Below, piece after piece: positions 36,180-48,845 of a DNA stretch of 64,000 nucleotides. The number at the start of each line of letters is the position of its first letter. The stretch's first letter is position 1. The translations under genes were made by a program, and so were the position numbers. This stretch comes from Isurus oxyrinchus (lineage: Eukaryota), in contig JANJGN010000036.1 of assembly GCA_026770705.1 (NCBI GenBank), forward strand, positions 3,658,001 through 3,722,000, read 5' to 3'. The notes beneath the pieces are model-generated. The model saw nothing but the letters and a program-made list of their open reading frames with translations, searched no databases and was not told where the DNA came from.

Positions 36180-38500
36180 TAGAAGTTAAGCTTTATTCCG
36201 TCCTTAAAACAGGGGTATGCCAGCTTCCTGGGAGAGCTGCAGCTATCTAATTAAGTCGTAAGATTAAGCTGGAATTCAGATAAACGAATTAGTTGCTTTC
36301 CAGGGTGCGAGGACTTCCTCAGTGCTGCCCTGTTTGCACTGAGTGCTGCCTTGTGTGCACAGTGTGTAAAGTGAGAGTTGGTTGAGAGAGGGAATTCAGT
36401 GAAGAGGGTCAGGAGGTGATCCTTTCTTTTCTACCTTTTTTGAGCCTCCAGTAGCCGGCTCTTACTGTGGTTCAGGGAGAAAAAAAGCTGACCAACGAGT
36501 TACTGGTAAAGTATTCTGTTCTACTTATTCTAACTGTAATAAATAGGTTTTGTTAAAGTTATGGTTTGGAAGGTCAGGTGTTCCGAGAGGAATGAACGTC
36601 CTGTCATGTGGGAAGTCAGGAACGCACCATATGTCCTTGGCAAACACATCTGCAGGAAGTTTCACCGGCTGCAGACGCTTGGGCGCTGTGTTTCGGAAGG
36701 CCAGTGCTGACTGGAGCCACTGTTGTGCAGAGAAGTGCGTGGGTAGCAGGTGTAGTGGGTTTATCAGGCTGCAGGTTCGGAGTGAACAGGCAGGGAGGGA
36801 ATGGGTGACCGCCAGGCAGTCTGAGAGAGTCTAACAGAGCCAGGCAGGCAGTTCAGGAGTTCCCGGAACCTACCTTGCTTCGTAAACATTTTTTTTTTTA
36901 AATGGATGCTGTGAAGGAAATGGTTTGTCAGGAATGTGATGAGAACCAAATCTATGGCAGCACAGGTGGCTGATCTACACCAGACGGGAGGAAGGAGAGT
37001 GGGAGAGCAATGCTTACAGAGGATTCTACAGCCAGGGGATCAGACAAGCCTTTCTGCTGCAGTTAACGTTACTGCAGGGAGGCGTGATGCCTCCCTGGTG
37101 CCGGGATCAAGGATGTCACGAGCAGCAGTAGGGCACCTCCTTCTGGGGGAAGGTGAACAGCCAGGGATCGTCATCCACATCAGTACCAATGATATAGGAA
37201 GGAAAAGTGAAGAGGTCCTGAAAACAGATGTTAGTGATTTAGGAAGGACTTATAAACAGGACCTCAAAAGCAGTAATCTTAGGATTGCTCCCAGTGCCAT
37301 GTGGTCGTGAGCTCGGGGATAGGAAGAATGATCGATTGAATGCGTGGCAGTAGAATTGGTGTAGGAGACAGGGAATCAGACTCCCTAGGCGTTGGGACTG
37401 GTTCTGGGGCAGGTAGGACCTGTACAAACTGGACGCATTACAGCTTAACAGGATTGGCACTAATATCCTGGCAGGGAGATTTGCTCGTGCTGTTGGGGAG
37501 GTTTGAAACTAGCTTGTCAGGGAGATGGGGACCTGAGGGGTAAGTCAAGTTGGAAGGACATCAAGCCCGTAATGGGAAGTTGGAAATTGGCAAGTGAAAT
37601 TAGAAGGCAGGTGAAGGAAGGGCAGCATCAATTAAGCTTAGAATGTAGAATAATGTCAAAGGCACAAACTTAATGGCTCTCTACCTGAATACACCCAACA
37701 TTCAAAAGAAGGTAGATAGATTAAAGACTCAAATAGAGGTGAATTGGTATGATCTGATTGTCAATGCATGGCTGCAGTGTGAGCAAACTCTGGGGCCGGA
37801 TTTAATATTTCCAAGTTCACGAAGCTAATTGGAAAGTTTGTTGCGAGGAAGAGGCAAAGCAGCTTCATGATGATTTGTTTCGAGTTGGTGAATCACATGC
37901 AGTTAACATTCAGTTCAGCAAGATTTTGGCAAATATTATGCCAGTCGTTATTTGCAAGGGCGTTGGAATGTAAAAGTAAGGAAGTAGTACTGCAATTGTA
38001 CAGGGTTGTGTTCAGATCATACCTGGGCACTTTCAAGGTGGAAGATCTGTCATGTGGAGTATGAAAAGGAACGTTGAGAGGGCTTCAAAAATTTACAATC
38101 TCTATTAATAACTTAGATGAAGAAACCGAGAGTAATATATCTAAATTTGATGACAATGTAAAGTTCTGTTGGAATGCAAACTGTGAGGAGGACACAAAGA
38201 GGCTGCAAAGAGATGTCATCAGTTTAAGTAAGTAGTCAACAAGGTGGCTGAAGGGACATAATATGGGGAAGTGTGACGTTATTCACATTGTTTGCAAATA
38301 TAGACCAAAAGGCACATTTCTTTGCTTCTCCTCGTCCAAGGGACTGAGATTGATCTATTTTTGGACTCTATGGGAATCAAGGGATCTAGGGATAGTGCGG
38401 GAAAGTGGAGCTGAGGTAAGAGATCAGAAGAGAACTTACTGAATGGTAGACTAGGCTATAAAGGCTGAAAGGCCTCCTCCTGTTCCTGTTCCTTCTGTGG
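36180..38500 (+). mobile_element. Old CR1 LINE: 5' region, ORF1 SGNH esterase remnant, rearranged ORF2 pieces and 3' end
   Basis: GEGEQPGIVIHISTNDIGRKSEEVL (SGNH block III of CR1 ORF1) in ORF 36936..37310; endonuclease-start-like ctctacctgaat at ~37680; ISKFDD-like segment at ~38140. Confidence 0.75.
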
Positions 38501-39169
38501 AGGCAGAGCCTAACACGTCAAATGGTTTTGGAAAATCTGCATGTCAGGCAGGGGTGGAGTTAAGACAGGGCAAAACATTTTACTCATGTTTGGATCACGC
38601 TGCTAGTTTAACTGATGTTTGAGTTGTGCTGGGGTTGCAGTGGTGTGTGCTACAAGTTATTAGAGTTATGTTAATGGAGGGCCAATTACTCATGCTGCAT
38701 CTTGCAACCCTCTTTTCTAGAGATCAGACCCCAGCAGCAAATGGAGTCCCTCTTCCTTGGACAGGATTCCATACTCAGTAAGTGGCTTTTGACGGGATGT
38801 TGTAAGGTGATCAGTTGTTTTGAGGGTGGATGTGGCATTATCTACGCTGCCTGCAAGTGATGACGGCCCAAGCCATTCAACCCATTGATCTGTGTTGTCC
38901 CTCTGAAATAGCTCCCTGCCCACCCTTAGTGTACACTCCCCTCAGCTCATAAACTGTTATTTTTGAAATACTGATCAATATCCTTTTAAGATCTTTTCAC
39001 AATTCTGTTCCAAGAAAGCAAGTCCCTGACCAATAACCCGTTGCCTAAAAGATATTATCCTATCCTCTGCCTTGATTATTTTTGGCAATGATTTTAACTC
39101 AATAGTGGCCAATGTAACCGTCTCTGAAGAGAGCTCGGGTGGAGGGGGGCGGTGATAATAAAAAGCTCT

Positions 39170-40170
39170 GACTGAAAGTAAGCAGTAATGAGGAGATAAA
39201 GAGTCTGCAAAGGGAGCTAAACTGCTCAGTTGATTGGGTGAGAAAGTGGCAGATTAAGTGTAATGTTATGAAATGTGACGTCTTGCTTGGGGGTGGGAAG
39301 AATAGATACACAGGGTCTTTGTAAAAGTTGAGTGACTTGGAAATACTGGTACTCAGAGGGATTGGATGCCCTTGTAAACTTAACACAGGAAACGAACAAT
39401 CACGGACAGCAAGCACATTAGGGAGGTAAATAGTTTGTTCAGGCTCATTGCGAGGAGGGTTGGAGTTTAAGAGTAAGGGGAATCTTTGTGTAATTGTTGA
39501 ATGTGTTACTGAGACAGTACCTGGACCTTATCTGGAATAATGTGTGCAGTTTTGCTCTACTTACCTACGGAAGGATGCACTTGCCTGAGAGGGAGTGCAA
39601 TGCGTGTTCACTGGATTGATTCCTTGGATGAGAGGATTGTCATATGATAAGAGATTGAATAGAATGATTCTATATCCTCAGGAGTTTAGAAGAAATATTG
39701 GTGATCTCATTGAAATGTGTAAAATTCTCGGAGAGTTTGACTGGGCAGATGTTGAGAGACTGTTTCAGCCCCATTATCCCCAGCCACCCAACCCCACCTC
39801 CCTGCCTTGGCTGGTGTGTTCAGGACTCAGGATCACAGTCTCAGGATTATAGGCAGCTACTTAGGGCTGGGTTATGGAGAAAATTCTTCACTCAGTGTTG
39901 TGAAGCTTTGGAATTCTCCATCCCAGGGAGCTGTGGGTGCTCAGTCACTGAATATATCCAATGCAGAGATACAAGAATATAGAGTTGAGTGACTGCGTAT
40001 ATTCAAGGCTGACATCAATAGATTAATGCATACTTAGGAAATTAAGGGATGTGGAGATAAGGCAGGGAGATGGTGTTGAACTAGACAATCACCGATAATC
40101 TAATTGAAAGGTGGAGCAAGCGCAAAGGGCCGAAAAGCCTCCTCCTGCTCCAGTTCCTGATGTTCTTTTG
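39170..40170 (+). mobile_element. Degenerate CR1 LINE ORF2 C-terminal part and 3'UTR
   Basis: FTGLIPWMRGLSYDKRLNRM...GDLIEMCKIL; KFFTQ...LWNS motifs. Confidence 0.8.
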
Positions 40171-40779
40171 TGTGAAGGGTGGTGTGGGGTGTACAATAAG
40201 TTTTGGTTGATTTAAAGTCTGCTTTAGGCCTTCATACATTTATCAGTCCAGTTGAAATTACGACAATGATGATTCACATTTTCCAACAACCAGGCCCCAG
40301 TCTGTAGCTGAAAGCGGCACTGAAAGCACCTCAGCCCCTCTCCATCCACTCACACACAACGTGGCTAGTGCTTCAAATGTCTTATTTTAGCTCCCGATAC
40401 CGAATGGTTGCTGTTTTTGGCCTGTTTGTGAAGTAGTGCAGGTGTTGTGGTCATTCACCTCAGGGCAAAGGGGGAGAGCGACACAGGAGGAGGAACTGAA
40501 ACCTTTCTGTTCACTGGGCGATTAGCAGCCAAGGGTGACAGCATCTGTCCCCAGCTTCCACTCTCTGAAATTTCACAGAAGCAGCTGTGGTTTCACACAG
40601 GAAAACGACAGAAATCTCAGAGGCACATTTGAACCCGATATTCTTGGACACCTTGCACTTTACAGAAACTGACAACTCAATGTGGGCCGGGCCGCACAGA
40701 AAACAACCAGCAAAACTCCTATTATTTATCCCCTGGACTGTCTCACTCTTCACTTCTCGACTCTGTTTCCAAACACACC

Positions 40780-40965
40780 TGCCTCAAAACCTAACTCGCA
40801 CCAAGTATCATTCACCCATCAAACCACCCCAGCCTGTGGTCGCTGCTCTGCTTTGGCTCGCAGTTATTCAATGCCTTGATTTTAAACTGTTCATCTTTGC
40901 TTTGAAATCCCACGAGTCTCTCTCCCCTCCCTATCTCTGTAAGTTTTCCAGCCCCTACAGACCAC
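40780..40965 (+). mobile_element. L2 LINE ORF2 C-terminal fragment
   Basis: LTRTKYHSPI...PVVAALLWLAVIQCLDFKLFIFALKSHESLSPPYLC, matching the L2 motif HITPVLxxLHWLPV.RI.FK....K.L.GLAP.YL. Confidence 0.75.
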
Positions 40966-41900
40966 CCTGTTCCTGTAACCTCCTCATGCCTCCATACATC
41001 TTCTAATCTCTGTGACCTGATCAAGCACTGCACACCTCTCCATCTCTGTAATTCCTCCAGACCCTACATCATTCCCTCTCTGTGACATATTCAAACCAGT
41101 ACAAACCTCCCTATCTCTGTAACTTTATCCAGCANNNNNNNNNNNNNNNNNNNNNNNNNNNNNNNNNNNNNNNNNNNNNNNNNNNNNNNNNNNNNNNNNN
41201 NNNNNNNNNNNNNNNNNNNNNNNNNNNNNNNNNNNNNNNNNNNNNNNNNNNNNNNNNNNNNNNNNNNNNNNNNNNNNNNNNNNNNNNNNNNNNNNNNNNN
41301 NNNNNNNNNNNNNNNNNNNNNNNNNNNNNNCTCCCAAACCTATATCACTCCCTATCTCTTTAGGCTTCCTCCATCTCCTAAAATACTCCCTCTCCCTGTA
41401 ACCAACTCAGACCAGTACACCCCTCAGAATGTCTGGAATCCTCTAAGACACCAATTGTTTCTGTAAACACCTTCAGTCCTTACAGCCCTCCATATACCTG
41501 TAAATTCCAATAGCCGCTACACCACTCCCTATCTCTGTAATGCACTCCCGTGCCAAAAACCCTCCCTACCTCTATAATCTGATGCAGCAGCTACAATGCT
41601 CCCTATCTCTGTGACTTGATTAAGCCACTGCAGCCCTCTTTATCTCTGTAACGTTCTTCAGACCTTACATCACTCCCTAACTCTGTCAATTCCTCCATCC
41701 CCCACAATCCTGCCTCCTAATTCTTTAACTTTCTCCAGCTCACACCCCCAAACACCCCGGTCCCAGTATCCCTGCTCCAGCCCCTACACACCTCCATATC
41801 TGTCTAACCTACCCTCGAACCCCTCTAATGCTCCTTATTCCTGTACCCTCTGCAACCATCACAACTTTCCCTATGCATGTAACCTCCTCCAACCACTGAA
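40915..41900 (+). repeat. ~35-bp degenerate minisatellite (ccctatctctgtaacctcctccagccctacaac-like); resumes at 43855-44040
   Basis: Recurrent cctatctctgtaa motif. Confidence 0.8.
41135..41330. other. Assembly gap (196 N)
   Basis: Run of N. Confidence 1.
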
Positions 41901-41902
41901 AC

Positions 41903-43851
41903 AATACAAATTGGCCAGAAAAAACAACAGACCTGAGGATTGGGAGCAATTTAGAATTCAGCAATGGAGGACCAAATTATTGATTAAGAAGGGGAAAATA
42001 CATTACAGAGTAAGCTTGCAGGGAACATAAAATCTGCCTGTAAAAGTTTCTATAGTAGTGTAGAGAAAAAGATTGGTGAAGACAAATGTAGGTCCCTTAC
42101 AGTCAAAAACAGGGGAAATTATAATGAGGAATAAAGAAATAGCTGACCAACTAAATACATACTTTGGTTCTGTCTTCACAAAGGAGGACACTAATAACAT
42201 ATCAGAAATGTTGGGGAACACAGGGTTTAGTGAGAGGGAGGAACTGAAAGACATCAGTATTAGTCGGGAAATGGTGTTGGGGAAATTGAAGGGATTGAAG
42301 GCCGATAAATCCCCGGCACCTGATAATCTACATCCCAGAGTAATTAAGGAAGTGGCCCAAGAAATAGTGGCTACATTGATGGATGGTCATCTTCCAAGAT
42401 TCTATACACTCTGGAACAGTTCCTACAGGTTAGAGGGTAGCTAATGTAACTCCACTATTTAAAAAGGGAGGTAGAGAGAAAACAGAGAATTATATACCTG
42501 TCTGCCTGACGTCGGTAGTGGGGAAAATCCTAGAGTGCATTATAAAAGATTTAATTGCTGAGCACGTGGAAAGCAGTGGCAGAATCGGACATGGTCAGCA
42601 TGGATTTATGAAAGGGAAATCATGCTTGACAAATCTACTGGAATTTTTAGAGGACGTAACTAGTAGAGTTGATGTGGGGGAGCCAGTGGATGTGGTTTAT
42701 TTGCACTTTCATAAGGCTTTCACCAAAGTCCCGCATGTAAAATTAAAGCACATGGAATTCAGGGTAGTGAATTGAGATGGACAGAAAACTGTTTGGCAGA
42801 CAGGAAACAAAGAGTGGTCTTAAACGGTTCATTTTCCGAATGGCAGGCAGTGACTAGTGGGGTACCGCAGGGATCGGTGCTGGGACCCCAGTTATTCACA
42901 ATATATATTAATGATTTAAATGAGGGAATTCACTGCAATATTTCCAAATTTGCAGATGACACAAAGCTGGGTGGGAAGGTGAGCTGTGAGGAGGATGCAG
43001 AGATGCTTCAGTGTGATTTGGACAGCTGAGTGAGTGGGCAAATCCATGGCAGATGCAGTATAATGTGGATAAATGTGGGATTATCCATTTTGGTAGCAAA
43101 AACATGAAGGCAGATAATTATCTGAATGCAGAGAAATTAGGAGAGGAGAATGTGCATCGAGACCTGGGTGTCCTTGTACTCCAGTCACTGAAGGTAAGCA
43201 TGCAGTTGCAGCAGCCGCTAAAGAAGGCAAATGGTATGTTTGCCTTCATAGCCAGATGATTCGACTACAGGAACAGGGATGTCTTGCTGCAGTTGCACAG
43301 AGCCTTGGTGAGACGACACCTGGAATATTGTGTGCATTATTGGCCTCCTTATCTGAGGAATAATGTACCTGCTATAGGGGGAGTGCAGCATATGTTTACC
43401 CAACTGATTCTTGGAATGGCGGGACTGACATACAAGGAGAGATTGATTTGATTAGGATTATATTTGCTGGAGTTCGGGAGAATGAGGGAGGATCTCATAA
43501 AAAGCTACAAAATTCTAACAGGACTAGACAGTGGCGATGGTGGAGTCCAGAATCAGGAGTCACAGTCTGAGGATATGGGGTAGACCATTTAGGGCTGAGA
43601 TAAGGAGAAATTCCTTCACCCAGAGAATGGTGAGCCTGTGGAGTTCGTTACCACAGAAAATAGATGAGACCAAAACATTATATATTTTCAAGAAAGATGT
43701 AGATATTGCTCTTGGGGTGAAAGGGATCAAAGGATATGGGAAGAAAGCAGGAGCAGGCTATTGAGTTAATCAGCCATGATCATAATGAATAGTGGAGCAG
43801 GCTTGAAGGGGCGAATGGCCTACTGCTGCACCTAGTTTCTATGTTTCTATG
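41903..43851 (+). mobile_element. 5'-truncated CR1 LINE (RT domain to 3' end), frameshifted
   Basis: KSPAPDNLHPRVIKE; QHGFMKGKSCLTNLLEF; SGVPQGSVLGPQLFTIYINDL; ISKFADDTKLGG; ends with tandem tttctatgtttctatg. Confidence 0.95.
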
Positions 43852-44541
43852 ATTATCTGAACCCCTCCCTATCTCCATAATCACCTCCAGCCCCACCGTG
43901 ACCTTCTCTGTGACCTTCTCCAGCAACTGTAAACCTCCATATCTCTGTCAGTTTTTTGTAATCCTTACAACAATCTCTGCATCGTTCTCCAGCCACCACA
44001 ACATTCACCTATCTCTGTAATCTCCCCCAGCCCCTGAAATTCTTATCGGTTTGCGTGGCCGAGTGGCCCACTCCTGCTCCTATTTTGTATATTTGTGTGT
44101 TCGTATCCGCTGCAGGAATTCACCAAAGCTCCTTCATCAGCACCTTTCAAACGCACGACCACTGCTACCTAGAAGGGCAAGGGTAGCAGATGCATGGGAA
44201 AATCATTGCAGAGAGAGAGAGAGAGAGAGCGAAATAGGCGAAGAAAAGGCCAATAGCCAGGGAGCACCGATTATTAAAAGCGGCAGAGAGTTCAAGAGCT
44301 AGGAGGTTATGTTGATTATTTATTAAGCATGAGTTAGGCCTCTGCTTGAGTATTGTTCTGGGTGCCACATTTTAGGAGGGGTGTGAAGCCACAGGGCAGA
44401 GTGCAGAAAAGTTTTACGAGAATGGTTCCATGGGTGAGGAACTTAAGTTATGTAGATGGATTGGGGAATTTGGGACTGTTTTCATTGGAGAAAAAAATGA
44501 ATGAGGGCAGAATCTATAGAGGTACACAAGATCCTGTTGGG

Positions 44542-44797
44542 GTGTTTGTGACACATTGGTTAGTGCCCCTACCTCTGAGCCAGTCACTCCAAGTGCGAGT
44601 CCCACTTCAGGACTTGATGGCCATGGAAGGTGTGCCCATAACGTGGCCGAACTGGTTTATTATCAGCCTGGAAATCCTTCCTATGTGTCAGATGGCAGGT
44701 GGTAAGAGTGGGAGAGACTCCTGGTCAGCCAGAACCTGCAGAAGGCAATGGCAAAGCACTGCAGAACCTTGTCAAGGATAACCATGGAGCAAGACAT
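44542..44797 (+). mobile_element. tRNA-derived SINE with RTE-like tail, inserted in a CR1 fragment (44270-44530)
   Basis: A-box-like gtgacacattggttag; B-box-like gtgcgagtccc; tail gaaggcaatggcaaagcactgcag resembles RTE-type SINE 3' ends. Confidence 0.5.
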
Positions 44798-45217
44798 GGA
44801 AGGGAAAGGCTGTCTTAGGACAGGGTACCTGAAGAAAAAGAGATTTAAGATAATGAGGATTCTGGACACTCGGAGACGGTGAGAAACTATTTGTGCGTTT
44901 TGAGTATAACAACATTTGTAGCATCTTATCAGTCAATATAGGCTGCAAAATATATTCTATGAATCCAGGCTTGTAATATCCAGACAAGCAGACACACACA
45001 AACTCAGGTATACAAATACAGACAGACAGACACAGACACATGAGAGAATAATTCCCATATGTCACATATCTGTTATCCTTCCTTAGGTCTGGGGATGAAA
45101 ACTCTCCTCAGTAATCCAGGTGTTCTCTCAGCAAAACACTTGCAGCAAGATGTGCTTACTCTTAAACTCCAACCCCTTTGCAATGAAGGCCAACAGTTCA
45201 TTTCCCTTTCTCTTGGT

Positions 45218-45440
45218 TACCCCTCAATTAGATTCTAGTCCGTAACTCACTCCCGGGTACCTGTTATTCTATATATTAACCATCCCGAACCCCTTGATTA
45301 GATTCCAGTCTGTAACTCACTCCCGGGCATATGTTAACTGATATATAAACCACCACAAACCTTTCTATTAGATTCCAGTCTGTAACTCACTCCTGGGTAT
45401 CTGTTATTCTATATATAAACCACCTCGATGAGATTCCAGC
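45218..45440 (+). repeat. Short (~3-unit) array of the 70-bp satellite monomer
   Basis: attagattccagtctgtaactcactcc repeated. Confidence 0.92.
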
Positions 45441-48400
45441 ACTTCCACATCACAAGTTGAGGAAGGGATCTCCCTCCATTTTAAAGATGGACAAGGGATC
45501 TCGCTCTAATTTTAAGGTTGAGAAAGGATCTCCTTGCATTTTAAAGATGGGGATGGGATCTCCCACAATTTTCAAAATGGACTTGGGACCTCTCTTCATT
45601 TTAAACATGGAGATGGGATTTCCCTCCATTTTAAAGATGTAAGACGGATCTCGCTCCATTTTAATGACGGAGAAGGGATCTCCCTGCAATTTAAAGATGG
45701 GGAATGGATATGTCACAGGATGTGCTTCTTTATACCCAGTAATGTTTACAAATTTTTGAACATTTCCACTTTTCCCCTGCTCTGCCTCTTTCCTTCATCC
45801 CGTCTCATTCCTTCTCTTGCTTTCCCACAGCATCTGCCAGTCACTCTCACCACATTTCTCTGTTTCTCTGTCTAACCCCATCACTTTATCCCACACTCAC
45901 TCCCCTCTCTTCAGTTCTCTTTCTCTCTCACCCCATCCCTTTTTTTGGCGCGATACCCACTCTCTATCTCACTCTCTCGTTCCATCTCTCTTTCTCTCTC
46001 ACCTTGTCTTTCTGCTACTCTGTTCCTCTATCTCTTGTTCCATCTATCATTCTCTCTGTCACTCCCTTCCTCTGTTGCTCTGCTCCTCTCTCTGTCGCCC
46101 CCATCTCTCTCCCTCTCCCCTGTCTCTCTTTCGCTCTCTTTCTATCTCTGTCTCTCTCTCGTCCCGTCTCTCTCCCTCTCTCTCTCTCTCTCGCCCTGTC
46201 TCTCTCTCTCTCTCTCTCTCTCCCCCTATCCCTCTCCCAGTCTCCTTTGAGCCAAAATTGGACGTGAAGCTGAATGCAAAATATTTTCAGGGTCATGGCT
46301 AAAAGGCAGACGAGTGAGACCAGTGAAACGTGGATACAAAATTGGCTGAGGGATAGCTTGGGTATTTATCAGGCTGGAAGTAGGATTGCAGTGGAGTTCC
46401 CCAGGGGTTGATATTGGGAGCTTTGATTTTCCTGATTTAGATCTTGGTGTGCAGGGGCTCAATTCAGAGTTTGTGGAAGGCACAAAACTTGGGAGAATTG
46501 TAAACAATGAGGGGGACAGTGTAGAACATTGACAAGTTGGTAGAGTGGGCAGATAGTTGGCCAATGATGTTCAATGTTGAGACGTGCAAGGTGATGCATT
46601 ATGGTAGGAGGAACATGGACAGACAAAATATAATGAGGGGTGAAATTTTGAAGGGGGTGCAGGAGCAGAAGGACCTGGGTGTATATGTGCACAGATCATT
46701 GAAGGCGGCAGGACAGGTTGAGAGATTGTGCAATGAAGCATATCGTATTCGGGGCTTTATTAATAGGAGCATTGTGTACAAGAGCAGGGGGGTTATGCTG
46801 AATTTATATAAGACACTAGTTAGACCTCAGCTGGAGTATTGTGTACGGTCCTAGAAGCCATACTACAGGAAGGATGTGATTCCCGGGACAGTGTCATTAC
46901 GTGGCAGGGAATTGAATTTTACACCCCTTCTGTGTTTGATATTGGAGTCATCTTCATTTGGGGTGTGCTGTGTTTTGTAGACATTTTCATATATTTTTAA
47001 ATAATTCCCTCTTTTGATAGCCTGCATCAGGTTCAGTGTGAACTGGAGCTTTGCAACCATTTTTAAAATTGTTTGAAGATATTTTTTAAACTTTGGCCCC
47101 TAATTCAAATCTCTCCCACAAGGGGAAACATCCTCTCCACATCCACCCTGTCAAGTCCCCTCAGGGTCTCATAGGTTTCACTAAGATCACCTCTCCAAAT
47201 TCTAAACTCCAATCGACACAGGCCCAGCCTGTCCAACCTTTCCTCATAAGAAAATAAAAATTATTTCCTCATAAGATCGGAGATGATGAGAAATGCCTCA
47301 CACAATTGGCCTTGTCCTTCTCTTCATTGTTGTCTGAGCAACAATCAGTTTCCGTTCTGACTGCATTAAACCAGGTCTCTGTTTCTATTACACGAGACCC
47401 TGCCACAGTTATCACTGCACGAGACGTTCTCTAAGTCGATATAACATGCGGCCATGTTTCTGCAAATCTTACATTTCACCCGGTCTCTGCTTGGACTGCA
47501 CATTTCCCTGCATATCACACAGTAGGCCTTGTCTATACTTGGTATCTAACCCCATGCTGCCCCTTCCCTGGACCTGGTTGACAGGACAGAGCAGAGGAAA
47601 TTTTAGTCTCGATTGAACCCCATACTCTATTTGGGTTGGGTGTGTTTGTTGAACAGTGTGGGTGAAGCTTTACACTGGAATTTAGGTGAGGGGATGATTT
47701 GATGAAATATTTCAGGTTAAAAATAGAAATAGAGGTGGTTGATAAAGCGTAACTATTTCTACCGGTTTGGGGAGTCAAAGCCTTGCGTCCATGGTTTTTA
47801 GACGATGTTTCGAAGTTTAGAATTTCAGGGGAGAAACTAAGAAACACTTTAAAACATCAAGTACGGTATTAGTTTGAACTCGCTCACATGAATGGAAATT
47901 GATGGTCAGCCACTAGTCCATGATAGATTTCTGAAACCTAACAGAGATTTGAGACAAATCGGTTCGATCACAGATCAGCCAGGATCTCACTGAATGTCAA
48001 AACAGGTTTGAAGGGTTAATTGGTCTCTCTCTCTTTCCATGTGCTATGACCAATATCATTTATTCACTCTCTGGCTCTCAGTCACCCAATCAGCCTGAGA
48101 GTCTCTATTTCTCATTCACTGGATCTGTGTCTTCTCTCCCTGCCTCTCTTATTCTGAGATTCTAGTCTACAAACACCAGTCAGCCATTTTAGGTTTGTTC
48201 ACAGTGGTCATTTTATGTTCCCACAGCACTGGGACATTTATGACAGAGTGACCCCTCACTCATCTAACATTAGTACTTTAAACGTGACAGAGTCACAAGT
48301 ATGGAGACATAAATTTCACTTGCATTCCTTGGAATATTGAAGGATCCGGGCGTTCAGCCCCACACTTTGCTGCTGTGAATTTGAATTTTGAATTTTCTAA

Positions 48401-48845
48401 AATTGAATCTGGAATTAAAACCCCGCAGGATGGAATGATTCAAATTCTGTCTGCTGCTGCAAAGCCCGTGTGTGCGTCTCAGTTTCTCGGTATTTATTAA
48501 CATTTTAAGATAACTGGATAGAATGCCACAAGTTAGCCATAAATCAACTCAGTCATAAATATCACAATACTCTGACCAATATCATTCTTTCATTGTCTAC
48601 CTCTTCATCCCCTCTCGCTCTGTGTCTCCATCTTTAACATTCGCTCGTTCTGCAACTTCTATGTTTCTTTCTCTCTCTCTCTCTCTCTCTCTCTCAGATT
48701 CTGTAAGAAAAATCCCCAAACACCAGTCAGCTATTTTAGGTTTGTTCACATTAGCCATTTTATGTTCCCACAGCACTGGGACATTTATGACAGAGTTGAT
48801 TTCTCACGAATGTGACATTAGCACTTTCAATGTAACAAAGACACA
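45430..48845 (+). repeat. Segmental duplication copy 2 (paralog 20880-23757), includes CR1 fragment 46340-46880
   Basis: Colinear homology, direct orientation. Confidence 0.92.
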
